A DNA stretch of 64,000 nt from Eledone cirrhosa (Eukaryota): contig OZ024741.1 in NCBI GenBank assembly GCA_964016885.1, positions 178,312,001-178,376,000 of the forward strand, given 5' to 3'. The translations under genes and the position numbers were made by a program. Of the stretch, positions 29,149-45,912 are shown piece by piece; within the stretch, counting starts at the first letter, position 1; every line of letters starts with the position of its first letter. A model generated the notes under the pieces. That model was not told the origin of the DNA. It worked only from the letters and a program-made list of their open reading frames with translations, and searched no databases.

Positions 29149-29620
29149 CATGTATGTATAAACGGTTCTGTCGCCAGGAAGCCGTAAAAAGGACGTTACG
29201 CAATGTATACACGTTTGTATAGCCTCTCGGATATCAAAAAGAAGCAATTGAATTATCTGATGCACAACGCCGCCGAATTTGTTCATGAAATAATTTGATT
29301 TTGGTTTTTGCCTCCTACGAGCCTAGAGAAATGGTATATTTCATAGAAATATCCTATTTTACAACTGCTGACTTGTAATATAATTACGCCCAAAATCATA
29401 CGTACATACACAAAACACACATATACGCACCTATACACCCATATATGTATATATTTCTACATCTTCAGTGTGATATGTATGACTACAGCGATGCTCATTT
29501 CAAATTTGGTTTACATTATATGATATTATTACTAGAAAAAACATATTTAAGTCTGCTGATCCTTCTCGGATTTTTTGCGGAAAAATATAATATTGTTACA
29601 CTTGATATATATATATATTT

Positions 29621-29687
<67 letters not shown>

Positions 29688-29689
29688 TA

Positions 29690-29845
29690 TGAAAGAAAAT
29701 GAGGGTTTTTTTATGAAGAAAAAACGAGATGACCTATGCAAGTGAAAGTTTAAGGAAAAAAGGTGAAATAAAAATTGTAACTAGAGTCTTTTTAAGAAAT
29801 CCTTAAAAAGGCTCCAGTTGCATTTTCGATTCCATCTTATTTCCC
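29690..29845. mobile_element. Fold-back fragment of the 19.4-kb Neptune pLTR tail
   Basis: GCTCCAGTTGCATTTTCGATTCCATCT matches 19400-19428; the left part is a diverged reverse complement. Confidence 0.6.
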
Positions 29846-29865
29846 TATATATATATATATATATA

Positions 29866-30222
<357 letters not shown>

Positions 30223-30319
30223 TTATATTTAATTATTTATTATAAGAACAGATTGAATTTTAAGCAAACAATCGCTGATTTCACCCTTAACGTTCGAACC
30301 AGTAAAACGCTGGCCCACC

Positions 30320-31000
30320 ACATGTATGGAGCTGCATTCCATGTTCGTATTTCCGAACCAGTGTATGTTTTCCAATATGCAAGTAGAGCTGTTCAAGTAT
30401 CTCGGGATCATGTTCATGAATTGAGAAAGGTAGCAGGCTGTATTATTAGTAAAGTCGTGAACCAGCTGGAGCATTAATGCACCAGACTCAGCATTTGGTA
30501 ATCAGAGGAAGGGATGTATGAGTAAAAGCCAGACGCATTATCTCCAAATTGGTATTAGTGACAACCCGTAACTATGGTCATGAAACTTGGTTAATGACCT
30601 AAACAATATGAATACAAGCACCCGAAATGGGGTTCTTCGGAAGGGTCTTTGGCGTACCGTTACTTGATTAAGTGCGTAGTTCGTAGCGAGACAGACGTTC
30701 CTGGTAGAACTTCTACTTCTCCGAATTGAGAGATAACAGCTCCGATACCGTGAGCATGTGGTAAGAATGGCCGAAGAAAGAACTCCTAAACAGATTTTAT
30801 GGGCAAAACCAATTGGCATGAGGCCCAGATGTGTACACCGAGCAAGACCGTTGGATAGCATCCATGTGTACAGCTGTCTGACTTAGGCATCTAGCCGCAT
30901 CCATTAGTGACGGTTGCTTCTGTCATGACCCGTTGGAAGGAGTGACTGAGGAACCTGCCACCACTAACCTACCAGGAATAAGTGGGCGACGACGACGTTA
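30320..31000 (+). mobile_element. Decayed RTE-clade LINE 3' fragment with (AAG)n(AAC)n tail
   Basis: QVELFKYLG, LLLRIER.QLR, VRMAEERTPKQILWAKP. Confidence 0.75.
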
Positions 31001-31063
31001 AAGAAGAAGAAGAAGAAGAAGAAGAAGAAGAAGAAGAAGAAGAAGAAGAAGAAGAAGAAGAAG

Positions 31064-31167
<104 letters not shown>

Positions 31168-31184
31168 GACGAATAATAAAAATA

Positions 31185-31392
31185 ATAATGGTTTCTTATA
31201 TAGGCACAGTAATTTGGGGGGAGGGGAAAGTCGATTAAATCGACTCCAGTGCGTGACTGGTACTTTATTTTATCGACCCTATAAGGATGAAAGGCAAAGG
31301 TAACCTCGGCGGGCTTTGAGCTCAGATCATGAAGAGCCGTAACTCTATGCTGCAATGCATGGCGTCCGATCGTCAACCGATACTGCCAATCC
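31185..31392 (-). mobile_element. tRNA-derived SINE
   Basis: Full-length copy of the 4137/14291 family. Confidence 0.85.
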
Positions 31393-32020
31393 AAGAAGAA
31401 GAAGAAGAAGAAGAAGAAGAAGAAAAAAAGAAAAAGAAAAAGAAGAATAAGAAGAAGAAGAAAAAGAAGAAGAAGAAGAAATTTGCAGCCATGATGTCTA
31501 TCATTTAATTTAATTTTGTAAGATCATCCCAATGCTTTATGTTGGCCTTTTCCGAATGATATTTAGAACCACCATATGTATCATGTGGATATATGTTATA
31601 TAAATATATATGTAATATGTGTGTGTGTATGTATGTATGTGTGTGTATGTGTGTGTGTGTGTGTGGGGGTGTGTGTGTGTGTGTGTGTGTGTGTGGAATA
31701 GTGAAATAATGCTTTTTGCATATTATGTAAATAAGTATAATGTTTTGGTCTTTGCATGTCATTAACTGGTTGATGAAGAATGAAAAATCAGAGATACATA
31801 TACTTAGCACTCCAGTATCGTTATGATAACAGCCTAAAATAATTATGGCAAACTAAATTAATGTGTGGTAAAGCATATGTATATGGATTCCTATATTGCT
31901 ATATTTCCAATCACGCTGTGTTAGTGCTGCCGCTAATATATACATACATACACGCACACATATGCACACATATATATATGTGTATATAAATGAATAAATA
32001 TATATATATATATATATATG

Positions 32021-32115
<95 letters not shown>

Positions 32116-32198
32116 TATATATGTATATAGTATAACTGAACAAAAAAGAAAAACGAACACAACCACAGACATATATATTTATGTGTTCAAATCGTGAT

Positions 32199-32249
<51 letters not shown>

Positions 32250-32940
32250 GTAGAGAGAGATACAAGGGAGCGTAAGAGACTACAGGCGCTAATATAACTC
32301 GGGTTTTGTTGAGTTCTTTAGTTAGTGTATTGCGTACTGTTTCATTAATAATTTCGCATTTGGTTATTAGCAATTTCATGGAGTATTCTTTTGTTGTTTT
32401 GGTCTTGTTTATGAGTTCGTGACCTGTTGGGATTTGCTGCCTTACGTGTTTTACCGCTACAAAGAATACAAACTAGAAAATATTTACTATTGTCTTTGAT
32501 CATTTCTATATAACTGATTGTCACCTTTTTCGCTATATCAATGCCGTCGATAAGTCTATTACGATGAATTTTATGTAGACGATTTATCACCTTTGGGATT
32601 TCTCTGTAACTGAATTTTTCAGGAAATCGTGATTGGTTTTATGTTCATGTTCATATTTCTCAGCATTTAAAAACGTGCTGATCTTTATAAGTATTGTATT
32701 AAATTGTGCATATTTTGAAATGGGTAATATGTTTTTGATATTACTGTTAAGGTACTGTCAGACGCGAGTACATCAGTAGAATATGCTTGTAATCATATAT
32801 TTAATGACTGACATAAGCATTTGGTTACTGTTATATATTTATAAACGGAAGAATGGTATTTTCGGTTGTTATGCTATTCGCGAAGTACGATTTTGAAATT
32901 TGGGATTTGGGATTCAGACAACGGGAAGATTACCATATTT

Positions 32941-33128
32941 GGAGGATTGGCAGTATCGGTAGAGGGTCGGACGGCATGCTTTGCAGCAAAGAGTTACGGC
33001 CGTTTCTGGTCTGAGTTCAAATCCCGCCGAGGTTAACTTTGCCATTCATCCTTACGGAATCGATAAAAAAATGTACCAGTAATACACTGGAATAAATGCT
33101 GGCCGTGTGCCAAAAGTAGAAACAATTA
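32941..33128 (+). mobile_element. tRNA-derived SINE
   Basis: Full-length copy of the same family. Confidence 0.85.
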
Positions 33129-33418
33129 TTTAGTAATTGTTCTCATGCAGCCATTATAACATCGACATATTAACACTCTAGACTCATAACAGGTTTACTT
33201 TGTTGAAGTTATCCTAAAATTTCAAAACATGCCCTTGTGTCCACCAAGCTGGTTACATAACCTCTTGACCCATTACATTCTCAGAAATTGTTTCAAAAGA
33301 CTTTGATCAGCGTAGGCTTAACGTCTCCTCGCACTTGCTTACTTGACAATCTTAAGACTGAACAATCTTAAAAGATTTTTCGGCCTTTAAATTGTGTAAG
33401 TAGTTTCCGTCCATTGAC

Positions 33419-33466
<48 letters not shown>

Positions 33467-34214
33467 GGGGAGGGGGCGTGTGTGTGTAGTCGGTTATATA
33501 TTCCACTAGACCACCCGATTTTGCCTTTAGTTTTAAAATCAATATTACTGTTTTCATGCCCATAATTATCATTTATACATCGAAAATATGATTATTTCTC
33601 AAACCTTCTAATATTCAACTGTCGCACACATGTATAATTGACAAAAGCTTGTAGATTCTGTCACTGTGTATAAATTGCAGCATACAAAACATTGAGAAAC
33701 TGTATTTTAATGCTTATAGCTGACCAGTTCCGAAGTAACAGAGATTTAACGTATTCTGTATAGTGGCCATTTGAATAAGACACGCTGATTTCAGTTACGC
33801 TTTTAATTCTACTGTGAAGATATGAACGCATACATATGTAATAGGATATCCACAAAGAGTGTTGCATGTTTGAACATCACAACAGCCAGCACATGCAATT
33901 TAAATGCAGGTAACTCAGCATTCAAGAGACACAGGTACTTTAAAGTAGTTCCCAGGAGGAATTTGTGAGAAACAGAGCGTAACAAGTTTAGTCCTTTGAA
34001 TTAAAGGGATAAATAATTTTTGCCGTGCAATTTTTGGCGTTTAAATTTGGTGGACTGGAGCAACGAAAGCGATCACCAGGAATAGAACTCACAGACTAAC
34101 GATAATGAGCCGAATGCCCTCACCACTAAGATATGTGCCGTCAGTATATATATATATATTATATATATATATATATTTTATCTATATATCATATATATAC
34201 TATATTGTATATAT

Positions 34215-34265
<51 letters not shown>

Positions 34266-34373
34266 TTATTATATGTATATGTGGGTTCGACTCCCATGTA
34301 CGGCAACGCTCATCTTTTTCCATTTCTCCGAGGGTTATAACTCCCACTATCAGGCTAGAAATGTCTTTAGTAT

Positions 34374-34890
<517 letters not shown>

Positions 34891-35104
34891 TTATACATAT
34901 TATTCTGTCTGCTTCTTGGTTAAATATTTCAAACAAATGTTGTTTTTCAACCCTTGTAATATTAGACACATGGTTTACTGTGTTTCTTACTGCATATACA
35001 TTATTATACGGCTCAGTATTTTATACTTGGAGCTTAATAGTTACATGGTTTCAATTGGAGTTTTAACTCTAATTTTCATTTATATATACATATATATATA
35101 CATA

Positions 35105-35155
<51 letters not shown>

Positions 35156-35164
35156 GTATATATA

Positions 35165-35247
<83 letters not shown>

Positions 35248-35249
<2 letters not shown>

Positions 35250-36750
35250 AGGTAAATTCGTTTGGAAGCCTCAACAATGCAGATGGGTAAATCTCCGGTT
35301 AACAAGATCCGGAAGTGGAGAGAGAGATGTAAGTGGGTGTACGTTGAGATGCGTGGCGTGTATAAGACTGTAACGTGTAGAGGAATGAAGGAAAGAGCGT
35401 AAAGGTAAAGGATAAAAATAAAAATAACAACACGAGAAAGAGTTACCTTGAGACAGATTTAATTGTCCCTATATATTTCGGATTCAGATCCATCAACTGT
35501 GTTTTTTTCTTAGGGGGGGGGGTATTGTCTGTCGGAAAGGTTCGAAACGTGTCCTCCGCTGTTCGTTGTTTTGAATATCTGAGGTTTTCAGCAGAGCGCG
35601 CGTGCGCGTGAAATGGGGTCGGTCAAGCAGAGGTCAGCGGCCGAAGTATTTCTTTCAATTGTGGTAGTGAGGTGGCGCTAGCTGTCAGTCCATGCTCTGC
35701 CTGTTGGGTGAATGTTACTGTGTGTGTGTCGTGTGTTGTTGTCCCGCTTGAGTGTGTGTGCGTGTGTTGTTGCCTTGTTCCTCTGTATTGGCAGTGTAGT
35801 ATGTTCGTATGGTGGAATGCTACTGTGTGTGTGTGTGTGTGTGTGCGTGTGTTACTGTCTCGCTTGTGTGTGTGTGTGTGCGTGTGTTGCTGCATCGTTT
35901 GTTAACTTAAACCAACCACCTCATTTCGCTTCTCTCGGATCGGTTGTTTAATTGTGGCCCTAGGCGTTTGATACAAAGTGCTTCCTTGATACGTAACGTG
36001 CCGACGTTTCTTTCTGTCGTTAGAATTGTGACAATGGGCCTTCCCTCTTTGTTTCCTCATTTGGCTATGTGTTTCCGGAAAGACGAGGCCCTGGTTTTAG
36101 TGTGTTCCTTGATCCGGATGTGCAACGGCCTGATTGTGCTACCTATATAGTATTGGTTGCACTTGTTCCATTCTATCTTATACCCGACGTATGTGCGTAG
36201 GCAACAGTTCGCATGGCGCATCAGACAGTCTCTGAGGGAACACGCGTCAGTTGATTTTCCGGCTTTCCTGGAGAGGCATCTTCGCAGGGAGGAGCCCGAG
36301 TGGGCCAGGTGGATGTTGAAGCCATCCCTCCGTATAGCCTTGCAAATAGCGTTGGTGGTATTCTAGCTCAGGTGTGGCATTTTAAGGAAGCACTTGCCTT
36401 GGGTGCCTCTCTGTCTCTTGTGTCTGCTGTTTCCTACTCTGTCTGTGAGTGAGGTAGAGTACCCGTTCGTCTCGGAAAAAAACCCCAGTTGATGGATGTG
36501 AATCCGAAATATATAAGGACAATTAAATCTCTCCCAAGGTAACTCTTTCTCGTGTTGTTATTTTTATTTTTATCCTTTACGCTCTTTCCTTCATTCCTCT
36601 ACACGTTACAGTCTTATACACGCCACGCATCTCAACGTACACCCACTTCCATCTCTCTCTCTCTCCACCACCGGATCTTGTTATCTTGTTACCTGGAGGC
36701 TTACCCGTCTGCATTGTCGAGGCTTCCAAACGACTTAAAGAAATTTACCA
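35248..36750 (-). mobile_element. 5'-truncated PLE with inverted pLTRs (35248-35508 / 36476-36750) and a GIY-YIG remnant
   Basis: 35907-36360 (-) reads ..GYKIEWNKCNQYYIGSTIRPLHIRIKEH..KHIAK*..LRIKEALCIKRLGPQLN; degenerate HHR in the pLTR. Confidence 0.85.
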
Positions 36751-36758
36751 TATATATA

Positions 36759-39460
<2,702 letters not shown>

Positions 39461-39479
39461 ACCTTCTTTTCAGACTTTT

Positions 39480-39544
<65 letters not shown>

Positions 39545-39565
39545 TCTGAAAAGAAGGTATATTGC

Positions 39566-39641
<76 letters not shown>

Positions 39642-40216
39642 GCAATATACCTTCTTTTCAGACTTTTATGTTTGCCCGTAAATAATACTACATTTACATA
39701 TAAATATATTATATATTTCCATATTGAAATACGGCGTCACACATTTCACGATTATCGTTTTAGTTAGGAATAACTATATTCCAACTATATTATTTTCCCA
39801 TTGTCAAAATACAGTCACGTCTGGACAAGAAAAATGCTTCATTGCTGAAGGAAATACATCATTTGGAAATAATACCACCCTTGCCATAACTCATTAGTAT
39901 TCAACTGATATTCTCAGGGTAGCAGTTACGGAGGCCACTTCCATTGCATAGCCAAAATTATTGCCTAGGATATATATGTATTTTTTATAAAATACACAGG
40001 TGTATTTTTATATGATATATTACATACCGGCCATTTGTCTTGTTTCGAAAATTTAGCCATATTTCTACTTTGTGTATAGCAGATTCGTTCTGTGAATAAA
40101 TATTTGTCCCAACAATACCTGGCGAGAAGCTGACTGCAATAAATAGTACACTTTTTTTCCGTCTGAATTATTTCATTTCTTACTCTTCTGGCGTCTTATC
40201 AGAATATTTTTCAGTA

Positions 40217-40416
40217 NNNNNNNNNNNNNNNNNNNNNNNNNNNNNNNNNNNNNNNNNNNNNNNNNNNNNNNNNNNNNNNNNNNNNNNNNNNNNNNNNNNN
40301 NNNNNNNNNNNNNNNNNNNNNNNNNNNNNNNNNNNNNNNNNNNNNNNNNNNNNNNNNNNNNNNNNNNNNNNNNNNNNNNNNNNNNNNNNNNNNNNNNNNN
40401 NNNNNNNNNNNNNNNN
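40217..40416. other. Assembly gap (200 N)
   Basis: Run of N. Confidence 1.
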
Positions 40417-40497
40417 ATATCGGAGAAAGTATGACCCAGAAATTATGGCCCAGAAATAGCCGTCGAAACACACACACACACACACACACATATAATA

Positions 40498-40552
<55 letters not shown>

Positions 40553-41063
40553 TACATATATCTCTATCTATTGTGTTATTATTTTGATATACGCTCTAAT
40601 TCCTGCTATCAATTTTGTCTCTCACTTCATTTAAGTTGTGAAATAGGCTGTTTACGCACGCGGATGCCGCATTCCAGCTCGCTACTATATATCGCTCTAT
40701 AATAGATACTGGCATGTAATGTCCGTTAAGGTCTTAGCACTGCCACTGTAACTATCGCTTTCCTCTAGCCATGGGACTTGGAGACATCGATGTGGGACTG
40801 CTATTTCTAATAACCATATTTTCACCTCTTATTAACTTGTGTTTGAGACACGTTGGCTGAATGATTTTGACGGGAACAAAACGATTTGTTTTCTATTCTC
40901 ACGCCACCACGTAAAGTTTGTAAATCGGTGGCTAGTCGTGGGACAGAATTGTATCGGATTCCAGTTGCTATTCACTTTACCTTGTCGGCTGTCACAAACA
41001 GTCATAGCCGGCATGGGCTGGGGTTTGGATTCTGTCGATCGATTGGTTATTGATTAGGCGATA

Positions 41064-41174
41064 CCCGCTGATGAAGCCACATACGCTGATTAGGGATTGT
41101 TGCATAATATATGCAGACAGAGGGTGCGGTGCACCCTACTGCTGCATTAAGTGTGGCCGAAACTCGAGTCCGGG
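41064..41174 (+). ncRNA. Type I hammerhead with branched stem II, within a pLTR fragment (40560-41330)
   Basis: CCCG CTGATGA a GCCACA...TGTGGC c GAAA CTCGAG TC CGGG; sister copy at 63604-63713. Confidence 0.85.
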
Positions 41175-41339
41175 AACTATTATAGGTACCCGTTTTACGT
41201 GTGTTGTATTGAAGCTAATAACTATGTGTATACTCTGGGAATGTATCCAACATTGCTTAATGAGTACACCGAGATACAACCGGTCCTGGCATTGATAAAT
41301 ATGCTGGGTCCGTCAACACCTTATTATACAATATATATA

Positions 41340-41394
<55 letters not shown>

Positions 41395-41401
41395 GCATGC
41401 A

Positions 41402-41476
<75 letters not shown>

Positions 41477-41484
41477 ATGCATGT

Positions 41485-41515
<31 letters not shown>

Positions 41516-43054
41516 CGCGTATGCGCGCGCGCGTGTGTGTGTGTGTGTGTGTGTGTGCGTGTGCATATAACAATGATATATATAAATACTATACCTGAAA
41601 TTACCCAATGAGAGACAAATAGAATGTGTTACATTCATACCTTTCAAAACGTGTTGAACATTAACGGAATCGGTTTCACAGATCTCCGAGGGCCTGTAAA
41701 AGACATGGAAAATAAAATGGATCGAATGTTCAGGTTTACAGAAGCCTACTGTATGTTACTGTATTACGAGTAGGTTAGGTTTGGGAAAGTTAGCATATCA
41801 TAAACGAGCGTCATGGCTATGGAAACAATTTATTGGTAATCGATTTTATATAAAAACACGGTATCATGCCTGTCCTTTAAACCTCTGATGGTATTTATTT
41901 ACTGGATTATTTCCACGTTATTTTTTCTTACACTTTAGAGGATGCTTCAATTCAGCATTTTAAACTAAGAATTTTCAATTAGTAGCACATATGTGTCTCA
42001 TTATAGCTACATACATCAAGAAAACATGGACATCGTCAGTGGAATTCTGTCTGTTAGCTAGTGCTTTTAGGTGGCTCGATCGTATCTTTCACACTACATC
42101 CATCACGATCATAATTATAATTATAGTTTGATATATATGACAATGGATGCATTTCCCATTAAAGTAGTATAAGAATGTAAAATAAAATAGTTAGTATATA
42201 TCACCGTTTCTATATATTGCAGTGTCTGCAATTTTAATAACTTTCATTAAGTCAGATATATTTAACAGTTTATGTTTTATATTAGATAGTTTTTATATAC
42301 TTTTATTTCATAATACAGAGGTTAATTTGAAAACACTGATATGTTAGCACTTATGAAAAGTATTTCTACTATATCATGAGTTTGTCATCGGTCCATTAGA
42401 GAATTTCATATTGGAAATATGTAGTTATCATTTACAACACTTCAATATTGATTAATATATTTAGTGTCTTACTGTCTGTGTGTGAGACCATTGCACTTGA
42501 TATTATTTTCTAATTTTGTATTTAAATGTATTTCCCTAAAGATAACTTGAGTACGACAATTTTTCACTTGTTAACTATGTGATCATAATCAGTCACATTT
42601 TCTAATATTACATATTCATACCTAGATAAGGTTTTAAAATCATATTACAAATATTACTTTTAATTCAACTCAACTGTAAGGTTACATAATTAATTGATTC
42701 CTCTACAGTATAATGCATTTTGATACAATTCCTACGCTCTCGATATCTTAAATAGAAAACAACTCCCTATATTGATTTATCAATGTGGGATTACGAGTAT
42801 TTTGTTTCATCGGTATGAAGCCACTTAATTATAAATGTGTATTTTTCATGTTACACTAAGATATTCATTCATTTGTTGAATATGCCGTTTCTTGCTATGA
42901 TATCATCGTTGAATATAAAGACAATATACAATAATTGCGTTTTGGTGGTAGACACTGGCAATAGGGTACGCACGCATATACACACACACTCAAACACACA
43001 CATACACATACACAAATATACATATATATACATATATATATATGCATATATATA

Positions 43055-43139
<85 letters not shown>

Positions 43140-43167
43140 ATATGTTTGTGTGTGTGTGTGTGTAAAT

Positions 43168-43320
43168 GTTGAGTATGTATTGGTTGTTTATCGACAGCTC
43201 AGTATGCAGATTGGAGCACTCGACGAAGTACGCATGCTGGTTTGTTTTACTCCGGAGTAATGTAAAATAAGTAAGTCAAACAACTTAAATTTGGCTTCGT
43301 TTATTATAAACTATCTGCTA
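43168..43320 (-). mobile_element. pLTR tail fragment of the 34.6-kb family
   Basis: Reverse complement matches 34583-34735. Confidence 0.75.
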
Positions 43321-43322
43321 TA

Positions 43323-43375
<53 letters not shown>

Positions 43376-43431
43376 ATATATATATTTACTGTAATGAGAC
43401 TATTTTGAGTTTCTAACTCAATACATGCCTT

Positions 43432-43509
<78 letters not shown>

Positions 43510-43513
<4 letters not shown>

Positions 43514-45016
43514 GACGTAAAATAAGAAAATAATAAAAAATAACTTACTTACTAAAATTTCACTCCAACTAATTAGTTTCTGAAAGGGAATAAACATAGT
43601 TTCCGAAGAAACATACGGAGAAGCCTTTCGTCATCAGGGAAGACTATTCTCAGCTAAGTTTCCAGGCAATGCGTGGACACAGGGAACTTATACAAAAATA
43701 ATTCAGTGGATGGAAAAAAGCAAAGCGAGGACTAAGTTCCAAGCCATTGAAAAAATCACTGCCTACTGCGTCGGTGGCAAATTCAAAAGAATCAATCACG
43801 TGACATCGAGGTTAATCAGTGAGGAGTGTTTTGTTTAAGAAGACAGCAGCCGAACCGTTACTATGAACTATAGTAGCAGTTTTGGCCAATTTTTGCTCGA
43901 CAAAATAATTTGGAGATAATTATAAAGAATTAGTATATCTACTAACATATATATACAGATGCATACATATGCCAGCAAATATATAGGTTTTATCTTAGTA
44001 ACTTTGTGGTTCAATGCATGGGGATGCAGAACAATAATATGAAAGACGTAAAATAAGAAAATAATAAAAAATAACTTACTTACTAAAATTTCACTCCAAC
44101 TAATTAGTTTCTGAAAGGGAATAAACATAGTTTCCGAAGAAACATACGGAGAAGCCTTTCGTCATCAGGGAAGTCTATTCTCAGCTAAGTTTCCAGGCAA
44201 TGCGTGGACACAGGGAACTTATACAAAAATAATTCAGTGGATGGAAAAAAGCAAAGCGTGGACAAAGTTCCACGCCATTGAAAAAATCACTGCCTACTGT
44301 GTCGGTGGCAAATTCAAAAGAATCAATCACGTGATATCGAGGTTAATCAGTGAAGAGTGTTTTGTTAAGAAGACAGCAGCCGAACCGTTACTATGAACTA
44401 TAGTAGCAGTTTTGGCCAATTTTTGCTCGACAAAATAATTTGGAGATAATTATAAAGAATTGGTATATCTACTAACATATATATACAGATGCATACCTAT
44501 GCCAGCAAATATATAGGTTTTGTCTTAGTAACTTTGTGGTTCAATGCATGGGGATGCAGAACAATAATATGAAAGACGTAAAATAAGAAAATTATAAAAA
44601 ATAACTTACTTACTAAAATTTCACTCCAACTAATTAGTTTCTGAAAGGGAATAAACATAGTTTCCGAAGAAACGTACGGAGAAGCCTTTCGTCATCAGGG
44701 AAGACTATTCTCAGCTAAGTTTCCAGGCAATGCGTGGACACAGGGAACTTATACAAAAATAATTCAGTGGATAGAAAAAAGCAAAGCGAGGACTAATTCC
44801 AAGCCATCGGAAACTATGTTTATTCCCTTTCAGAAACAAATTAATTGGAGTGAAATTTTAGTAAGTAAGTTATTTTTTATAATTTTCTTATTTTACGTCT
44901 TTCATAGTATTGTTCTGCATCCCCATGCATTGAACCACAAAGTTACTAAGACAAAACCTATATATTTGCTGGCATAGTTATGCATCTGTATATATATGTT
45001 AGTAGATATACTAATT

Positions 45017-45020
<4 letters not shown>
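43510..45020 (-). mobile_element. Head-to-tail array of a ~530-bp HHR-bearing non-coding unit (2.4 copies) plus an inverted segment
   Basis: Units start at 43510, 44041 and 44571; 44808-45020 is inverted; HHR-like cores at 43596-43647, 44127-44178, 44657-44708. Confidence 0.85.
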
Positions 45021-45074
<54 letters not shown>

Positions 45075-45080
<6 letters not shown>

Positions 45081-45399
45081 ATAAGAAACGGAGAATCAGT
45101 GTTGCGACGAATAACATTTATTAGACATATTACAATCGTTTTTCTGGCGGCCAGCTCGAGGCATGATCGATGTAATGTTCGAACCTGACTCTGAAATCGC
45201 AAGGTCCTCAGGTTCGATCATTACATCGATCGTGCCTCGAGCCTGCCGCCAGAGAAACGATTGTAATGTGTTTAATAAATGTTATGCGTCGCAACACTGA
45301 TTCTCCGTCTCTTATGTGATATCATACTCTGCTCTTCAAGAGCATCGAGTGTTCAAACGGCCTACGGCTTGCGGACGCTTTAAGCGTCCAACACCAAGC

Positions 45400-45402
<3 letters not shown>
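45075..45402. mobile_element. Fold-back mini-PLE with HHR parts and tail
   Basis: Arms 45075-45212 and 45208-45322 joined at a TCAGG microhomology. Confidence 0.8.
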
Positions 45403-45448
<46 letters not shown>

Positions 45449-45454
<6 letters not shown>

Positions 45455-45776
45455 AATAAAAAGAGAATCAGTTTTGCGACGAATGGAATTTATTGGATTA
45501 CAATCGTTTGGCTGGCGACCTGCTCGCGGCACGGAAAATCTGCTTCATAGAATCAAGACGTACCTGAGGACCTTGCTATTTACAGAGTCAGGCTCGATAT
45601 CACAACGATCGTGCCACGTGCTGGTCGCCAGAGAAACGGTTGTTGTATGTACAATAAATTCCATTCGATGCAACACTGATTCTCTTTTTAGTGTGATATC
45701 ATACTCTGCTCTATGAGAGCAACGAGTGCTCAGACGGCCTACCCCATACGGACGCTGTAAGCATCCACCACCAATT
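45449..45776 (+). mobile_element. Fold-back mini-PLE of the same family, with complete HHR at 45558-45650
   Basis: ACGTAC CTGAGGA...GAAA CGGTTG TT GTATGT. Confidence 0.8.
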
Positions 45777-45853
45777 ATATATATATATATAGATAGATAG
45801 ATATACCTGTCCATATAATATACATGCCTATATATGTATATCTATAAATGAAT

Positions 45854-45912
<59 letters not shown>

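Noticed and set aside
36057-36059. In-frame TGA at a likely Cys position (KHIAK*) of a GIY-YIG remnant, suggesting selenocysteine
   Set aside because: Decayed copy in which another expected Cys is TGG; no SECIS recognised; a single substitution suffices. Would need TGA in the family consensus
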